From: Chlamydiae bacterium CG10_big_fil_rev_8_21_14_0_10_42_34
Lineage (GTDB): Bacteria > Chlamydiota > Chlamydiia > Chlamydiales > SM23-39
Assembly (NCBI GenBank): GCA_002773795.1
Contig: PFAD01000008.1
Location: forward strand, 61,699-125,698
Direction: 5' to 3'
Length of the DNA stretch: 64,000 nt
The position numbers and the translations under genes are program-made. The notes under the pieces are model-generated. The model was not told where the DNA came from and made no database searches. It worked only from the letters and a program-made list of their open reading frames with translations. This document shows, in pieces, positions 18,451 to 27,703 of this stretch; positions within the stretch are counted from its first letter, which is position 1, and every line of letters begins with the position of its first letter.

Positions 18451-18882
18451 ATGTTATATAAATCTTCATCCACTTTTTTCTTATTTTTTTCATTCGTAAG
18501 TGTAGCTCTTTTTGGTCATAATTCCCAAAAAGAAAATCAAGAGGTTCTTTTGGCGCACTTGAATGCCTCACGTAAGGTAGTAGCATATGCGCCAGGAGCA
18601 ATTAAGAATTATGAAGATGCAAAGCTCTATATTTGTGAAAACCAAATCTACAAAAGCAGTTCGGGTTCTTTCTTGTGCCTAAGCTCGGGAGAATGCCTCT
18701 CGCTGCCCCCGATGCCAGTAGATTCAATTGGGCCTTATCTTGTTACTTTAAATATGGTGGATGATAAGTTTTTTAAGAATGTTTGCAATAATTGTGGGCA
18801 CGAGTGGTCTGGAGGGCTATTTGATGTTTGGTGTCCCAATTGTGGTAGCACAGACTGGGATACAGTGCGAGATCGTGACTAG
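18451..18882 (+). CDS. Exported hypothetical protein with a C-terminal zinc-ribbon motif
   Basis: Hydrophobic N-terminus; CNNCGHEW...CPNCGS. Confidence 0.7.
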   Translation: MLYKSSSTFFLFFSFVSVALFGHNSQKENQEVLLAHLNASRKVVAYAPGAIKNYEDAKLYICENQIYKSSSGSFLCLSSGECLSLPPMPVDSIGPYLVTLNMVDDKFFKNVCNNCGHEWSGGLFDVWCPNCGSTDWDTVRDRD

Positions 18883-18926
18883 ATAGAAACTGCAAATATT
18901 TTCTCTTCAGATTAGTTAGAGTTAAT

Positions 18927-18989
18927 TACTTTCAAATATTCCATTGAAAAAGAGCGAAAGTTAAAAAGGGATCTCGTAGATGCACCCTT
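18927..18989. repeat. 63-bp direct repeat, copy of the NUDIX gene 3' end
   Basis: 61/63 identical to 21974-22036. Confidence 0.92.
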
Positions 18990-19044
18990 AAATTCTACTA
19001 ATGTATAACCAAGTTATGTGCTTGTGGTAGTGGGAGCTTGTTGA

Positions 19045-19356
19045 TTGAACTCATCTAAAGAAATTACAGTTGTTGAAATCTTGCATGCCGTTAAAGGAAA
19101 AACATATGAATTGAGAAAAGCATTGCTTAAACTTGTTCCAATTTGCAAAAAAGAGCCCGGATGTTTGCTCTATGAGCTTTTTGAGCCTATTGATGGCGAG
19201 GGACAATTTCTTATTCTTATGCGATGGAAAGACAAAAAATTCCTAAAGGACCATGAAGCCTCTTTGGTTATTCAAGAGTTTGTTCAAAGCCACGATAAAA
19301 TCATCTATGACGAAGTTCACCAAACAGAATGGGTGGCTGTTTCTCAAGGGAATTGA
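19045..19356 (+). CDS. Antibiotic biosynthesis monooxygenase (ABM)/putative quinol monooxygenase
   Basis: KEPGCLLYEL, FLILMRWKD...HEAS pattern. Confidence 0.8.
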   Translation: MNSSKEITVVEILHAVKGKTYELRKALLKLVPICKKEPGCLLYELFEPIDGEGQFLILMRWKDKKFLKDHEASLVIQEFVQSHDKIIYDEVHQTEWVAVSQGN

Positions 19357-19482
19357 AAAATTCTTAGCAAAAATATACACAAAAACACCTCGGGCCGCAT
19401 ATGGGGCCCACTCATAAAATGACATTTCTCAGTTTGATTATGGCATATCGTTTCGAAGAGTTGGCGTAGAACTTCTTCTCGG

Positions 19483-21174
19483 CTACATTACTTCCATAAC
19501 TCTTCTGCGCTCTTGAATGCGATTTTTTATTATGCGATAGAGGATAAGGGGGAGAAATAAAGTCCATAATAGCGCGAAAAAAATGAAGGATAGAGGGGCT
19601 ATCAGCCAATTATATTTTTTTTGTCTACTCGGTATAAGTAGAAAGTGGAAAGAATTTGCCAGAATTACGAGAATACGTCTCCACCCATATTCCGAATTAG
19701 AAGCTGTCATTCGATGCTTGTAAGTATCGAAAATCCTTTCGTGCTGCGTCTCATCGTTTATATGAAAACTACAGGTATTATAAGGTGCTATAACAGCTGT
19801 CCACCATTTTTTTGGTTTTTTGAAAAATAGTTTTAGGTAGTTGGGGGTCATTCCCAGCCATGCTCTGAGACATTGTACGTATTCTCCAAATAAGACCAAT
19901 CCGTCAATTCGGCCACTGCTGTGCATAAATTGTTTTTTCTGAAACTCTTTGTCTTTTTGAATAATTTTGTCTCTTGTATGTTTTGGAGGCAGCTGGATTT
20001 TTTTTGAAAATACTTTGCTTACATACATACTTTGTGCTTCAGATATAGCAGGGATAGACCCAACAACAGGGCGAGCAAACCCTATATATGCAAGCGAAGG
20101 ATCGTCATTATGGAGTATGAACTTAAAATGTTCGTTGATGGGAACGTTATATTTAGGATCCGCAAAAAATGGGAAAGACGTCTTGAAGCCGCTGCAGAAT
20201 ATGATCAGGTCCACCTTAGATTTGGACCCATCACAGAAAAAGACCTCATCACCTATGATCTGAGTGACTTCTCTCTTCGGAATTAAAGATCCTAAAATGA
20301 TGTAGTGATTGATGTGCCAACTTTTATTGAGAAATTGTCCAAAATATGGAGCTGGAGACTCCCACGCTTTAATGCCATGTCCACATTTACCCCCCTCTTT
20401 CTCTATGATGTACTGAGTACAATAGGGTCTTTCAAATGGATCCAACACTAACCGTAACTCTGAACTAAAGTGATCTCCAATCAAAAGATTATCAGAGCTT
20501 TCCCCTGTTTTGAGGTAGCGGTTTACAAACCACTGGCCATTAGGAATGCTTAAAATGACTTTTTTTGCTACATGACATAAATCTCCAGCTATGTCACTCG
20601 CCGTTTCTCCTCCCCCATACAACAAAATCGTTTTGTTTTCGTATTCATGTGTGGGCTTTTTGTACGCAGCGGAATGCATTTTAGGAATAGTAATGTCTTT
20701 GAACTTAGCATCTTCTAAGTAGAATTGATTGGGGTGTTGATGCACCCCGGAGCACACTACCAGAAACTTGCTGCGATATACGTTATGATGTTGATCTTCT
20801 AATACCCAGTTGTCATCTTCTTTTTTAACCATTACGACTTGGGTATTTGGTCGAAAGTATTTTCTAATGTCAAAGTGGTCGATATAGCTATTTAAGTATT
20901 CTATGACATGCCAATGGCTAGGAAACTCGGACCAGTCGTGCGGCATAGGAAAGTCGGACATTTCTGTAAATGTTTTAGAAGAAGTCAAGTGTGTAGAGAG
21001 TAAAACTCCCCCCTTATCCTTACAATCTTCACGATACTTAAAGACCCCTCCCATATCGTCAGACCCTTCTAGCACTAGGGGTGTCAGTCCATTTTCAACC
21101 ATATATTTGCAAGCTAATATGCCGGACCATCCCCCACCAATAATAGCTACGTCGATATGAACTGGATCCTGCAT
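19483..21174 (-). CDS. Flavin-containing monooxygenase (FMO), eukaryote-like, with a C-terminal hydrophobic anchor
   Basis: FAD motif IIGGGWSG, GGVF, FMO signature ...MHSAAY, NADP motif GGGETASDIA, IFCSGF, IGFARP; hydrophobic C-terminus. Confidence 0.9.
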   Translation of the reverse strand: MQDPVHIDVAIIGGGWSGILACKYMVENGLTPLVLEGSDDMGGVFKYREDCKDKGGVLLSTHLTSSKTFTEMSDFPMPHDWSEFPSHWHVIEYLNSYIDHFDIRKYFRPNTQVVMVKKEDDNWVLEDQHHNVYRSKFLVVCSGVHQHPNQFYLEDAKFKDITIPKMHSAAYKKPTHEYENKTILLYGGGETASDIAGDLCHVAKKVILSIPNGQWFVNRYLKTGESSDNLLIGDHFSSELRLVLDPFERPYCTQYIIEKEGGKCGHGIKAWESPAPYFGQFLNKSWHINHYIILGSLIPKREVTQIIGDEVFFCDGSKSKVDLIIFCSGFKTSFPFFADPKYNVPINEHFKFILHNDDPSLAYIGFARPVVGSIPAISEAQSMYVSKVFSKKIQLPPKHTRDKIIQKDKEFQKKQFMHSSGRIDGLVLFGEYVQCLRAWLGMTPNYLKLFFKKPKKWWTAVIAPYNTCSFHINDETQHERIFDTYKHRMTASNSEYGWRRILVILANSFHFLLIPSRQKKYNWLIAPLSFIFFALLWTLFLPLILYRIIKNRIQERRRVMEVM

Positions 21175-21361
21175 AGATTTTCCTTTTTTTTCTTATTAAG
21201 AATCACCCCTAAGTATTTATTTTCAATGCTTTATTGCAAATAAAATTTTTTTCCAAAACCCCATTGGGATAGGTTCACAAATGGCCTCTTCTCTCTTGTA
21301 AAACATCACGAGGTATTTGAAAAAAAATGCTGTGAAAGATTTGAGGATGAAATTTATTTGC

Positions 21362-21915
21362 TTATTTGGGTTCAGGATTTTCATTTGCCGCGCCGCGCAG
21401 ACCAGTTGCCGCTATGAGCCCCAGGAAATTAAAACTGAGCGTCGAGTATAAGTAATAGGCCCCAAAACCCATCACCCCATCGACTACGTCAACCATCATT
21501 ATAAATAACCAACAGAGTAAGTAGTACGAGAAAAAAGTGGCTTTATACTCTTTGCCAAAAACGAAATAAAACAGATAACAGATCGCAGAGGCCATGAACC
21601 TATCCTAATAAAATTTTTCTTCGATTTTTAGGATTATTTTGGCCGATTTTCGATTCAAATGGCGGAGATAATATCGCAAAGTATATTACCCCCGCCATTT
21701 GAATCGAAAAGTCGGTTCAAAAGAACCTTAAAATCGACCGAAACTTTTTATTAGGATAGGTTCACTATGCCTCGGCATATATTTTCATCAAAACTTTGAT
21801 CAATAATCATTAGGATCAAAAATACAATCTTTAAAATGATCAATGACGAGCACGAAATGTGCCATAAGACCTTCCATCCATGTTCGTCACTTCGTTCAGG
21901 GCTTATGTCATTCAT
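21362..21915 (-). pseudogene. Small membrane-protein gene interrupted by a palindromic element
   Basis: 5' part 21915-21765 (MNDISPER...ICRGI) and 3' part 21594-21362 (ASAICYLF...) join in frame (ATA GTG GCC) once 21595-21764 is removed, giving 127 aa. Confidence 0.7.
21595..21764. mobile_element. 170-bp palindromic MITE/REP-like element
   Basis: Arms of ~71 and ~73 nt with a 26-nt spacer; perfect terminal IR TGAACCTATCCTAATAAAA (19 bp) and perfect inner IR TTTTCGATTCAAATGGCGG (19 bp). Confidence 0.85.
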
Positions 21916-21972
21916 GCTCTAAGTTGTATCTTGAAGAGCTGTTTTTTTCAATCACTGATGGGTCTCAGCTTG

Positions 21973-22755
21973 CTACTTTCTAATGTTCCATTGAAAAAGA
22001 GCGAAAGTTAAAAAGGGATCTCGTAGATGCACCCTTTTTAATTTGCCCGAAATTTCTGTGGTCAAGTAACCATCTATAAAACCTTGCTTTAGCTCATCCA
22101 TTGTAAAGCTATCCACAGATGCAATCGCCTCTGAGCCTTCAGGGGTCGAAAGACTTTGGTCGGTTACTTGTGCAAGATACACTGGTACGCACGTGTTCGT
22201 CATGCCTGAATCGGGATTCATATGCCCTAAAAATTCGATTTTATTTGCGATATAGCCCGTCTCTTCTTTCATCTCTCTTAAAGCGCCTTGCTCTGGAGTT
22301 TCGTTTGTCAATAACCCCCCTCGAGGCAATTCATACTCCCATGAACGGGTCGCGTGTCGAAAGTTCCTGTTCAGTGCGATTTTCCCATTGGGTAATACCG
22401 GCAAAATGGCAACCCCCGCAACGCCATTTAGCGACTGTTTCCAAATAAGTCTGCTATATACTCCGTAGCTTCCATTGGGGAAACGGACTGCATCATTTAA
22501 CCAAATCCAATACTTATCATCTCCGACAATTCCAACAGTTCTTTGTGTTTTTTCTTGGATTTCAGAAATTTGACTCTCGTCCCGAATGATCTCAATCTCT
22601 TGATTTTGATAGGAGGCGTCGGGTCCTAGCGTTTGAGCATATTGACTCAAGAATTCTAAATACTTGGTTGTAGCTTCAGTGGGAACTGCGAACAGACTCT
22701 GGATGCAGATCAGGCTAGTAACTAAGAGGGGCTTTAAGTGCATGGTGAACTCCAT
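21973..22755 (-). CDS. NUDIX hydrolase (ADP-ribose pyrophosphatase-like) with a signal-peptide-like N-terminus
   Basis: Nudix box PRGG...ETPEQGALREMKEETG; N-terminus MHLKPLLVTSLICIQSLFA. Confidence 0.9.
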   Translation of the reverse strand: MEFTMHLKPLLVTSLICIQSLFAVPTEATTKYLEFLSQYAQTLGPDASYQNQEIEIIRDESQISEIQEKTQRTVGIVGDDKYWIWLNDAVRFPNGSYGVYSRLIWKQSLNGVAGVAILPVLPNGKIALNRNFRHATRSWEYELPRGGLLTNETPEQGALREMKEETGYIANKIEFLGHMNPDSGMTNTCVPVYLAQVTDQSLSTPEGSEAIASVDSFTMDELKQGFIDGYLTTEISGKLKRVHLRDPFLTFALFQWNIRK

Positions 22756-22916
22756 ATAATTTTAAAAAAGGATAGAAAATCATCAAATAAATTTACAGCC
22801 AAAAAATGGGTTAAAATAACCGAAAAATCGACTGAAACTTACTTTGCTGGGTAGTCTGTTGAGCCTTGAGTGAAATAGGCGCCGGTTTTATAATTTTCCC
22901 TTTTTAAGGAGAAATT

Positions 22917-24014
22917 ATGGCAATTGCTGCTGCATCTATTTGTTTTATTGCGTGTCACGGGGGGCCGGCTGACCACTTTTGTACTTTCGCTCAGGAGTTA
23001 AAGAAAAATGGGCGGCAGGTAGAAATTTATGCAAGCGCCCTTACTTTCCAGAAATTTTGGGAAAAAGGTTTAAATCCCATTTCAATGCAAGATCTCAATG
23101 CTAAGGAAGTGGCTGAAAAATGTAAAAATTGCTCTGTTGTAATTACCGATGTGGGCGATCTCTTTGATGAGCAAGTTCAAAAGGCTTTAGCTGAATGTGC
23201 CCCAGGGGTGACCCGTTACGCTTATTACGACAACCCTGAAGACTTTGTGACTGTCGAGTACTCAGCCACTGCCACTAAAGTGATGGCTGCTGCTAACCGA
23301 GTTTTGTTTGCGAATGTCCATTTAGAAAAAGTGCCCGTCTTAGATGGGGATAAGGTGCCGGTTGATTTGCCTGAAGAAAAGAGGGTAGGTTTGGGATATT
23401 ATCCAGTTGAGAATGCACAAAAGATAGGTCGGGACAGACTGGAGCAAAAAGGGGAGATTCGTAAAGAATTTTTTTCTAAATGGGAAATTGAAGATCAGGG
23501 GCAAAAGATTTTGGTCTATACAGGTGGGTGCAACGATGTGTACTTTGCGGAGGCTTTCCCAAAGTTTCTTGAAGTGATATCAGATTCTGCAGGACATAAG
23601 GACTTTTCGAAGTATTTGATCGTACTGCAGCAGCATCCTAGAGCAAAGGTTGATAATAGAGATCTGGAAATTTTGCAGAAATGGAATACTGATCGTGGAG
23701 CGGGGATTTCATTTGTTGTGTCCGATTCGGCTACAAATGAGGTAATGAAGATGGCCGACGCGATGATCTATTATCAAACAAGTATGAGCCCCCAATTTGC
23801 TTTAGCAGGCATTGCTACGATTCAGGTGGGCCACGACGATTTTAAAGATTGTCTTGTGAAAAGCAAGCTTTGTTCGGCTGTGAAAAATGCAGGTGAGTTT
23901 TTGGCAGCTTTGGATCGTTTGGACGGCTCTGATGAAGTTTCGAGCGAAGTTGTTGAAAAAGGGATCGGATATTTACCCGATTGGAAAGAAAGACTATTAG
24001 TAATTTTTAAGTAG
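22917..24014 (+). CDS. Hypothetical protein, probable GT-B fold glycosyltransferase-like
   Basis: QQHPR, ADAMIYYQTSMSPQFALAGIATIQVG resembles the GT-B C-terminal nucleotide-binding segment. Confidence 0.5.
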   Translation: MAIAAASICFIACHGGPADHFCTFAQELKKNGRQVEIYASALTFQKFWEKGLNPISMQDLNAKEVAEKCKNCSVVITDVGDLFDEQVQKALAECAPGVTRYAYYDNPEDFVTVEYSATATKVMAAANRVLFANVHLEKVPVLDGDKVPVDLPEEKRVGLGYYPVENAQKIGRDRLEQKGEIRKEFFSKWEIEDQGQKILVYTGGCNDVYFAEAFPKFLEVISDSAGHKDFSKYLIVLQQHPRAKVDNRDLEILQKWNTDRGAGISFVVSDSATNEVMKMADAMIYYQTSMSPQFALAGIATIQVGHDDFKDCLVKSKLCSAVKNAGEFLAALDRLDGSDEVSSEVVEKGIGYLPDWKERLLVIFK

Positions 24015-25374
24015 TCTCGGTCGCTACGGCGGGTTTTTTGAAAAAGGTGCGGTAGGTGAGGACGCTAGCGAGGGTTCCCACTAACGTATTTGCGATAAAG
24101 CGGGCGAGAAAAATCCCTTCGATTCCGCTATAGGTATTGAGTAAGAGCGCAAGCGGTAAGTAAATTACGATGAGTCTTGCTGCCGATAGAAGATTGCCAA
24201 AAAAGGGTTTCCCAACTGCGTTCATTGCATGCGTTGTCAAGAAAACAGTTCCCAATAGTCCATAGGTAAGTGGGATCATCGAAAAGTACAAAGAGGTGAT
24301 CTCGACAACTTGTGGACTTTGATCGAAAAATGCAGAAATAGATGCTCGTTGAAGGATAAACAAAAGGGCGCACCCAATTCCTAGAAGATGGGAAAAAAGG
24401 AACGATTTTTTGATTCCCTCGCGAATACGCGTGTGGTTGTTTGCCCCCCAATTTTGCCCAATAAATGGCGCGATCACAGAAGCGAGGGCAAAGATGGCAA
24501 TGAAGGGGACGGTCTCTACTCGAGTTGCAATGGAATTTGCGGCCACTGCTGCATTGCCGTAGGAGACTAAAACTTTGTTTGTAAAGGCTGTGCTGACTGG
24601 AGTTAAGCTGTTGGCAAGTGCTGTGGGTAGCGCGATAACGAGTATTTTCTTCACTACAGAAAAATCAAACGAGGTGAAAATGGAGGTGAAGGGGATTTGC
24701 TCATTGCGGCCCAATTTGGTGAAGATTAGATAGGCGCTTAGGGCATTGCCCAAAACTGTTGTAAGGGCCGCCCCTTGAATGCCAATTGCAGGAATTGGAC
24801 CCCATCCAAAAATTAAGATCGGATCCAATATGGCGTTGAGGGCTGCTCCTAAAATTAGGATCATACTTGGGTAAAAGACGTTTCCTTTGGCTCTAAATAT
24901 AGAGTTGCCCACAATCGACATGTTCATAAATACGACCCCAAGGTACCAAATAATCATGTAGTCTTTAATGAACGGCATTAGGCTTTCATCGGCACCGAGA
25001 AAATAGAAGAGAGGCTCTATCGTTAAAAGGCCGATAAGTGAAATGCAAAGTGAACTCAAAAAGGTGAATTGGAGCCCTTTTTTTGCGATATCTGTTGCGT
25101 GGGCGTGCTCTTTTGCTCCAATTGCTCTCGATGCGAGTGAGTTGACCCCGGTAGATATACCCATCATGAGGTTGAGGATGATCATAACAACAGGGAAACA
25201 AAAGCTCATCGCTGCGAGCTGTTGCGTCCCTAGCTTTGCGACAAAGTAAGTATCGACAAGATTGTAGGCAATACTTGCAAAGATCCCTAGGAACATGGGC
25301 AACGACTTGAGAAATAAAGTTTTGCCAACGGGGGAGGTTAAAAAATTTGTTTGGGTCTTGGACATGTAGGGCAT
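24007..25374 (-). CDS. MATE family efflux transporter
   Basis: YNLVDTYFVAKLG, LDPILIFGWGPIPAIGIQGAALTT, two-fold internal repeat. Start ATG 25374 or 25365. Confidence 0.93.
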   Translation of the reverse strand: MPYMSKTQTNFLTSPVGKTLFLKSLPMFLGIFASIAYNLVDTYFVAKLGTQQLAAMSFCFPVVMIILNLMMGISTGVNSLASRAIGAKEHAHATDIAKKGLQFTFLSSLCISLIGLLTIEPLFYFLGADESLMPFIKDYMIIWYLGVVFMNMSIVGNSIFRAKGNVFYPSMILILGAALNAILDPILIFGWGPIPAIGIQGAALTTVLGNALSAYLIFTKLGRNEQIPFTSIFTSFDFSVVKKILVIALPTALANSLTPVSTAFTNKVLVSYGNAAVAANSIATRVETVPFIAIFALASVIAPFIGQNWGANNHTRIREGIKKSFLFSHLLGIGCALLFILQRASISAFFDQSPQVVEITSLYFSMIPLTYGLLGTVFLTTHAMNAVGKPFFGNLLSAARLIVIYLPLALLLNTYSGIEGIFLARFIANTLVGTLASVLTYRTFFKKPAVATETT

Positions 25375-25507
25375 TTTACACAATAGGAGTATTATAAAAC
25401 AGGGGCGTAAAGGCCTAAAAATGTGATAAACTTCCATTGAGGTAGGTTCGTAGTGCGAAAATAGGCGAAATAGGGTAATTTATACCCAATAAAGTGGGAT
25501 AAATTGC

Positions 25508-26449
25508 ATGGAAAGAAAAATTTTAGTTACAGGTGCATCTGGTTTAGTTGGTAGCGATCTGGTTTTGGCTTTGCAGGAAATCGTGGGCAGGGAAAATGTA
25601 ATCGCTTTAGAAAGGCATGAGGCGCCTCCCTCGTTTGAAGGGATCCACGAACTTGCCGATGTTAGAGATAGCGAAAAGCTTGAAGCTTTGATCCAAAAAT
25701 ACAAGATTACTGAGGTGTACCATTTAGCAGGGCTTCTTTCTGCAGGTGGGGAAAAAGATCCCGATCTTGCATGGGATGTAAATGTAGGTGGTCTGCGCAA
25801 TGTTTTAAGATTGGCTGTGAAGTATCAATTGAAAGTTTTTTGGCCTAGCTCTATTGCCGTATTTGGCCCCACAACGCCGAAAGAAGATGTTCCTCAGCAC
25901 ACAGTGTTAGAGCCTACCACAATGTACGGCGTAAACAAGGTTTCAGGGGAGTTATTGTGTCAGTACTACTTCACAAGATACGGTGTGGATGTTCGGAGTC
26001 TTCGCTATCCTGGCTTGTTGGGCTATAAAGCACCTCCGGGAGATGGAACAACCGAATATGCGATCCACATTTTCTATGGAGCCATTCGAGACAATCACTA
26101 CGTATCTTACATCGATAAAGGGTCGGTTCTTCCCATGATGTTTATGGAAGATGCGGTGAATGGGACGATCCAATTGATGAACGCTCCAAAAGAGAAGATT
26201 TCAGTAAGAACCAGTTACAACTTTTCTGCAATTCAATTTGCACCAGAAGATCTCGTTAAAGAAATTCAAAAAGCAAATCCTAAATTTACCTGCGAATATC
26301 AGCCTGATAGTCGGCAGAAAATTGCCAATTCATGGCCTAAAACAATCGATGATTCACAGGCGCGTAAAGACTGGAATTGGTCTGAAGCCTATGATTTAAA
26401 AAAACTCACTGCTATTATGTACCAAAAGATCAAAGAGAAAATTGGATGA
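25508..26449 (+). CDS. SDR-type L-threonine 3-dehydrogenase (NAD-dependent epimerase fold)
   Basis: VTGASGLVG, HLAGLLSAGGE, PSSIAVFG, MYGVNKVSGE, RSLRYPG, GTTEYA, ANSWP; adjacent to kbl. Confidence 0.9.
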   Translation: MERKILVTGASGLVGSDLVLALQEIVGRENVIALERHEAPPSFEGIHELADVRDSEKLEALIQKYKITEVYHLAGLLSAGGEKDPDLAWDVNVGGLRNVLRLAVKYQLKVFWPSSIAVFGPTTPKEDVPQHTVLEPTTMYGVNKVSGELLCQYYFTRYGVDVRSLRYPGLLGYKAPPGDGTTEYAIHIFYGAIRDNHYVSYIDKGSVLPMMFMEDAVNGTIQLMNAPKEKISVRTSYNFSAIQFAPEDLVKEIQKANPKFTCEYQPDSRQKIANSWPKTIDDSQARKDWNWSEAYDLKKLTAIMYQKIKEKIG

Positions 26450-27696
26450 GTAAAAAGGTTTTTTTCGAAACGCTAAAAAAAGAGCTTTCTCGCATTGAGA
26501 AGGCAAAAACAGCAAAACGTTTTGAAAAAGTGATCGAGGGCTTTACAAAAGGCCCCTCTCCTCAAGCTCTCATTGATGCAAAACCTTATCGCGTATTCAA
26601 TTCAAATGATTATCTCGGATTACGATTTCACCCAAAATTAAAAGAAGCAGAGCACGTTGCATCTGAAGAATTCGGCACGGGCCCTGGTGCTGTCCGTTTT
26701 ATTTCAGGTACTCTCAAAGTACACCGCGATCTAGAAAAAGCGATTGCCTCCTTCCACGGAAGAGACGATTGCATTGTCTTTTCAAGTGCGTTTGCGGCAA
26801 ACATGGCTGTTTTATTTTGTTTGATTAAAGGCCAAGCTGCAGATTCTGCTGTGGGGGGTAATACTCTTGTGATCTCTGATGCCCTCAATCACCGAAGCAT
26901 CATTGATGGGATCCGTGTTGCCAATTTACCTAAAGAGCAAAGAGCGATCTTCAACCATTTAGACCTCAATGATCTCGATCGGATTTTGACTGAGAAAAAA
27001 GGGGCGTTTCAGCGCGTAGTCATTGTGACTGATGGGATTTTCTCCATGCTCGGTGAGGCTCAAGACATCAATAAAATGCGTCAAGTGATTGATCAGCACG
27101 ATGCAGATTTTGCGGAAGGGATTTGGCTTGTTGTCGACGATGCGCACGGCGTGGGCGCGTTTGGGCAAAGTGGGCGCGGCGTGGAAGAAGTTTTTGGAGC
27201 AAAAGCAGATCTTCTTGTAGGAACTTTGGGCAAAGCTTTTGGTGCAGACGGCGGCTATGTAACCGCTGATCAGGTTGTCATCGACTATTTAAGAGAGTCT
27301 GCTGCCACTTATATTTATTCCAATTCCATTTCTCCAGGCACTGCAGGCGCTGCTTTAGCATCTATTCAGCTTGTTGAGGGTGCTGAGGGCAAAGAGCTCC
27401 TCGCTAAGCTTGTACAAAATCGTGAATCTTTTCAAAAGCAGATGATCCATGCAGGATGTATTTTTGCTGCAGATTCTATTCACCCCATTCAACCGGTTCT
27501 CCTCGGAGATGCTGCAAAAACGACTCTTTTTAAAGAGGCTCTTTTTGAAGGGGGTATTTTAGTTACCAATATCAATTACCCGGTTGTCCCTAAGGGGCGC
27601 GATGAAATTCGGGTGCAGATCTCTGCTGCGCACACGAAAGAAGATCTCGATGCGTTTGTCGATCAGTGGAAGCGGATCGCTAAGATGCAATCTTGA
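26446..27696 (+). CDS. kbl: 2-amino-3-ketobutyrate CoA ligase (glycine C-acetyltransferase)
   Basis: SNDYLG, AVRFISGT, DALNHRSIIDG, VDDAHGVG, GTLGKAFG, VPKGRDEIRVQISAAH. Confidence 0.9.
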   Translation: MSKKVFFETLKKELSRIEKAKTAKRFEKVIEGFTKGPSPQALIDAKPYRVFNSNDYLGLRFHPKLKEAEHVASEEFGTGPGAVRFISGTLKVHRDLEKAIASFHGRDDCIVFSSAFAANMAVLFCLIKGQAADSAVGGNTLVISDALNHRSIIDGIRVANLPKEQRAIFNHLDLNDLDRILTEKKGAFQRVVIVTDGIFSMLGEAQDINKMRQVIDQHDADFAEGIWLVVDDAHGVGAFGQSGRGVEEVFGAKADLLVGTLGKAFGADGGYVTADQVVIDYLRESAATYIYSNSISPGTAGAALASIQLVEGAEGKELLAKLVQNRESFQKQMIHAGCIFAADSIHPIQPVLLGDAAKTTLFKEALFEGGILVTNINYPVVPKGRDEIRVQISAAHTKEDLDAFVDQWKRIAKMQS

Positions 27697-27703
27697 GGTT
27701 TTA

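Noticed and set aside
18422-18601. Extended N-terminus of the lipoprotein ORF
   Set aside because: It overlaps the divergent gene, and the lipoprotein signal begins at 18421.
27584-27703. Longer N-terminus of the OMP-like ORF in the track
   Set aside because: It overlaps kbl by over 100 nt; the signal peptide starts at GTG 27704.
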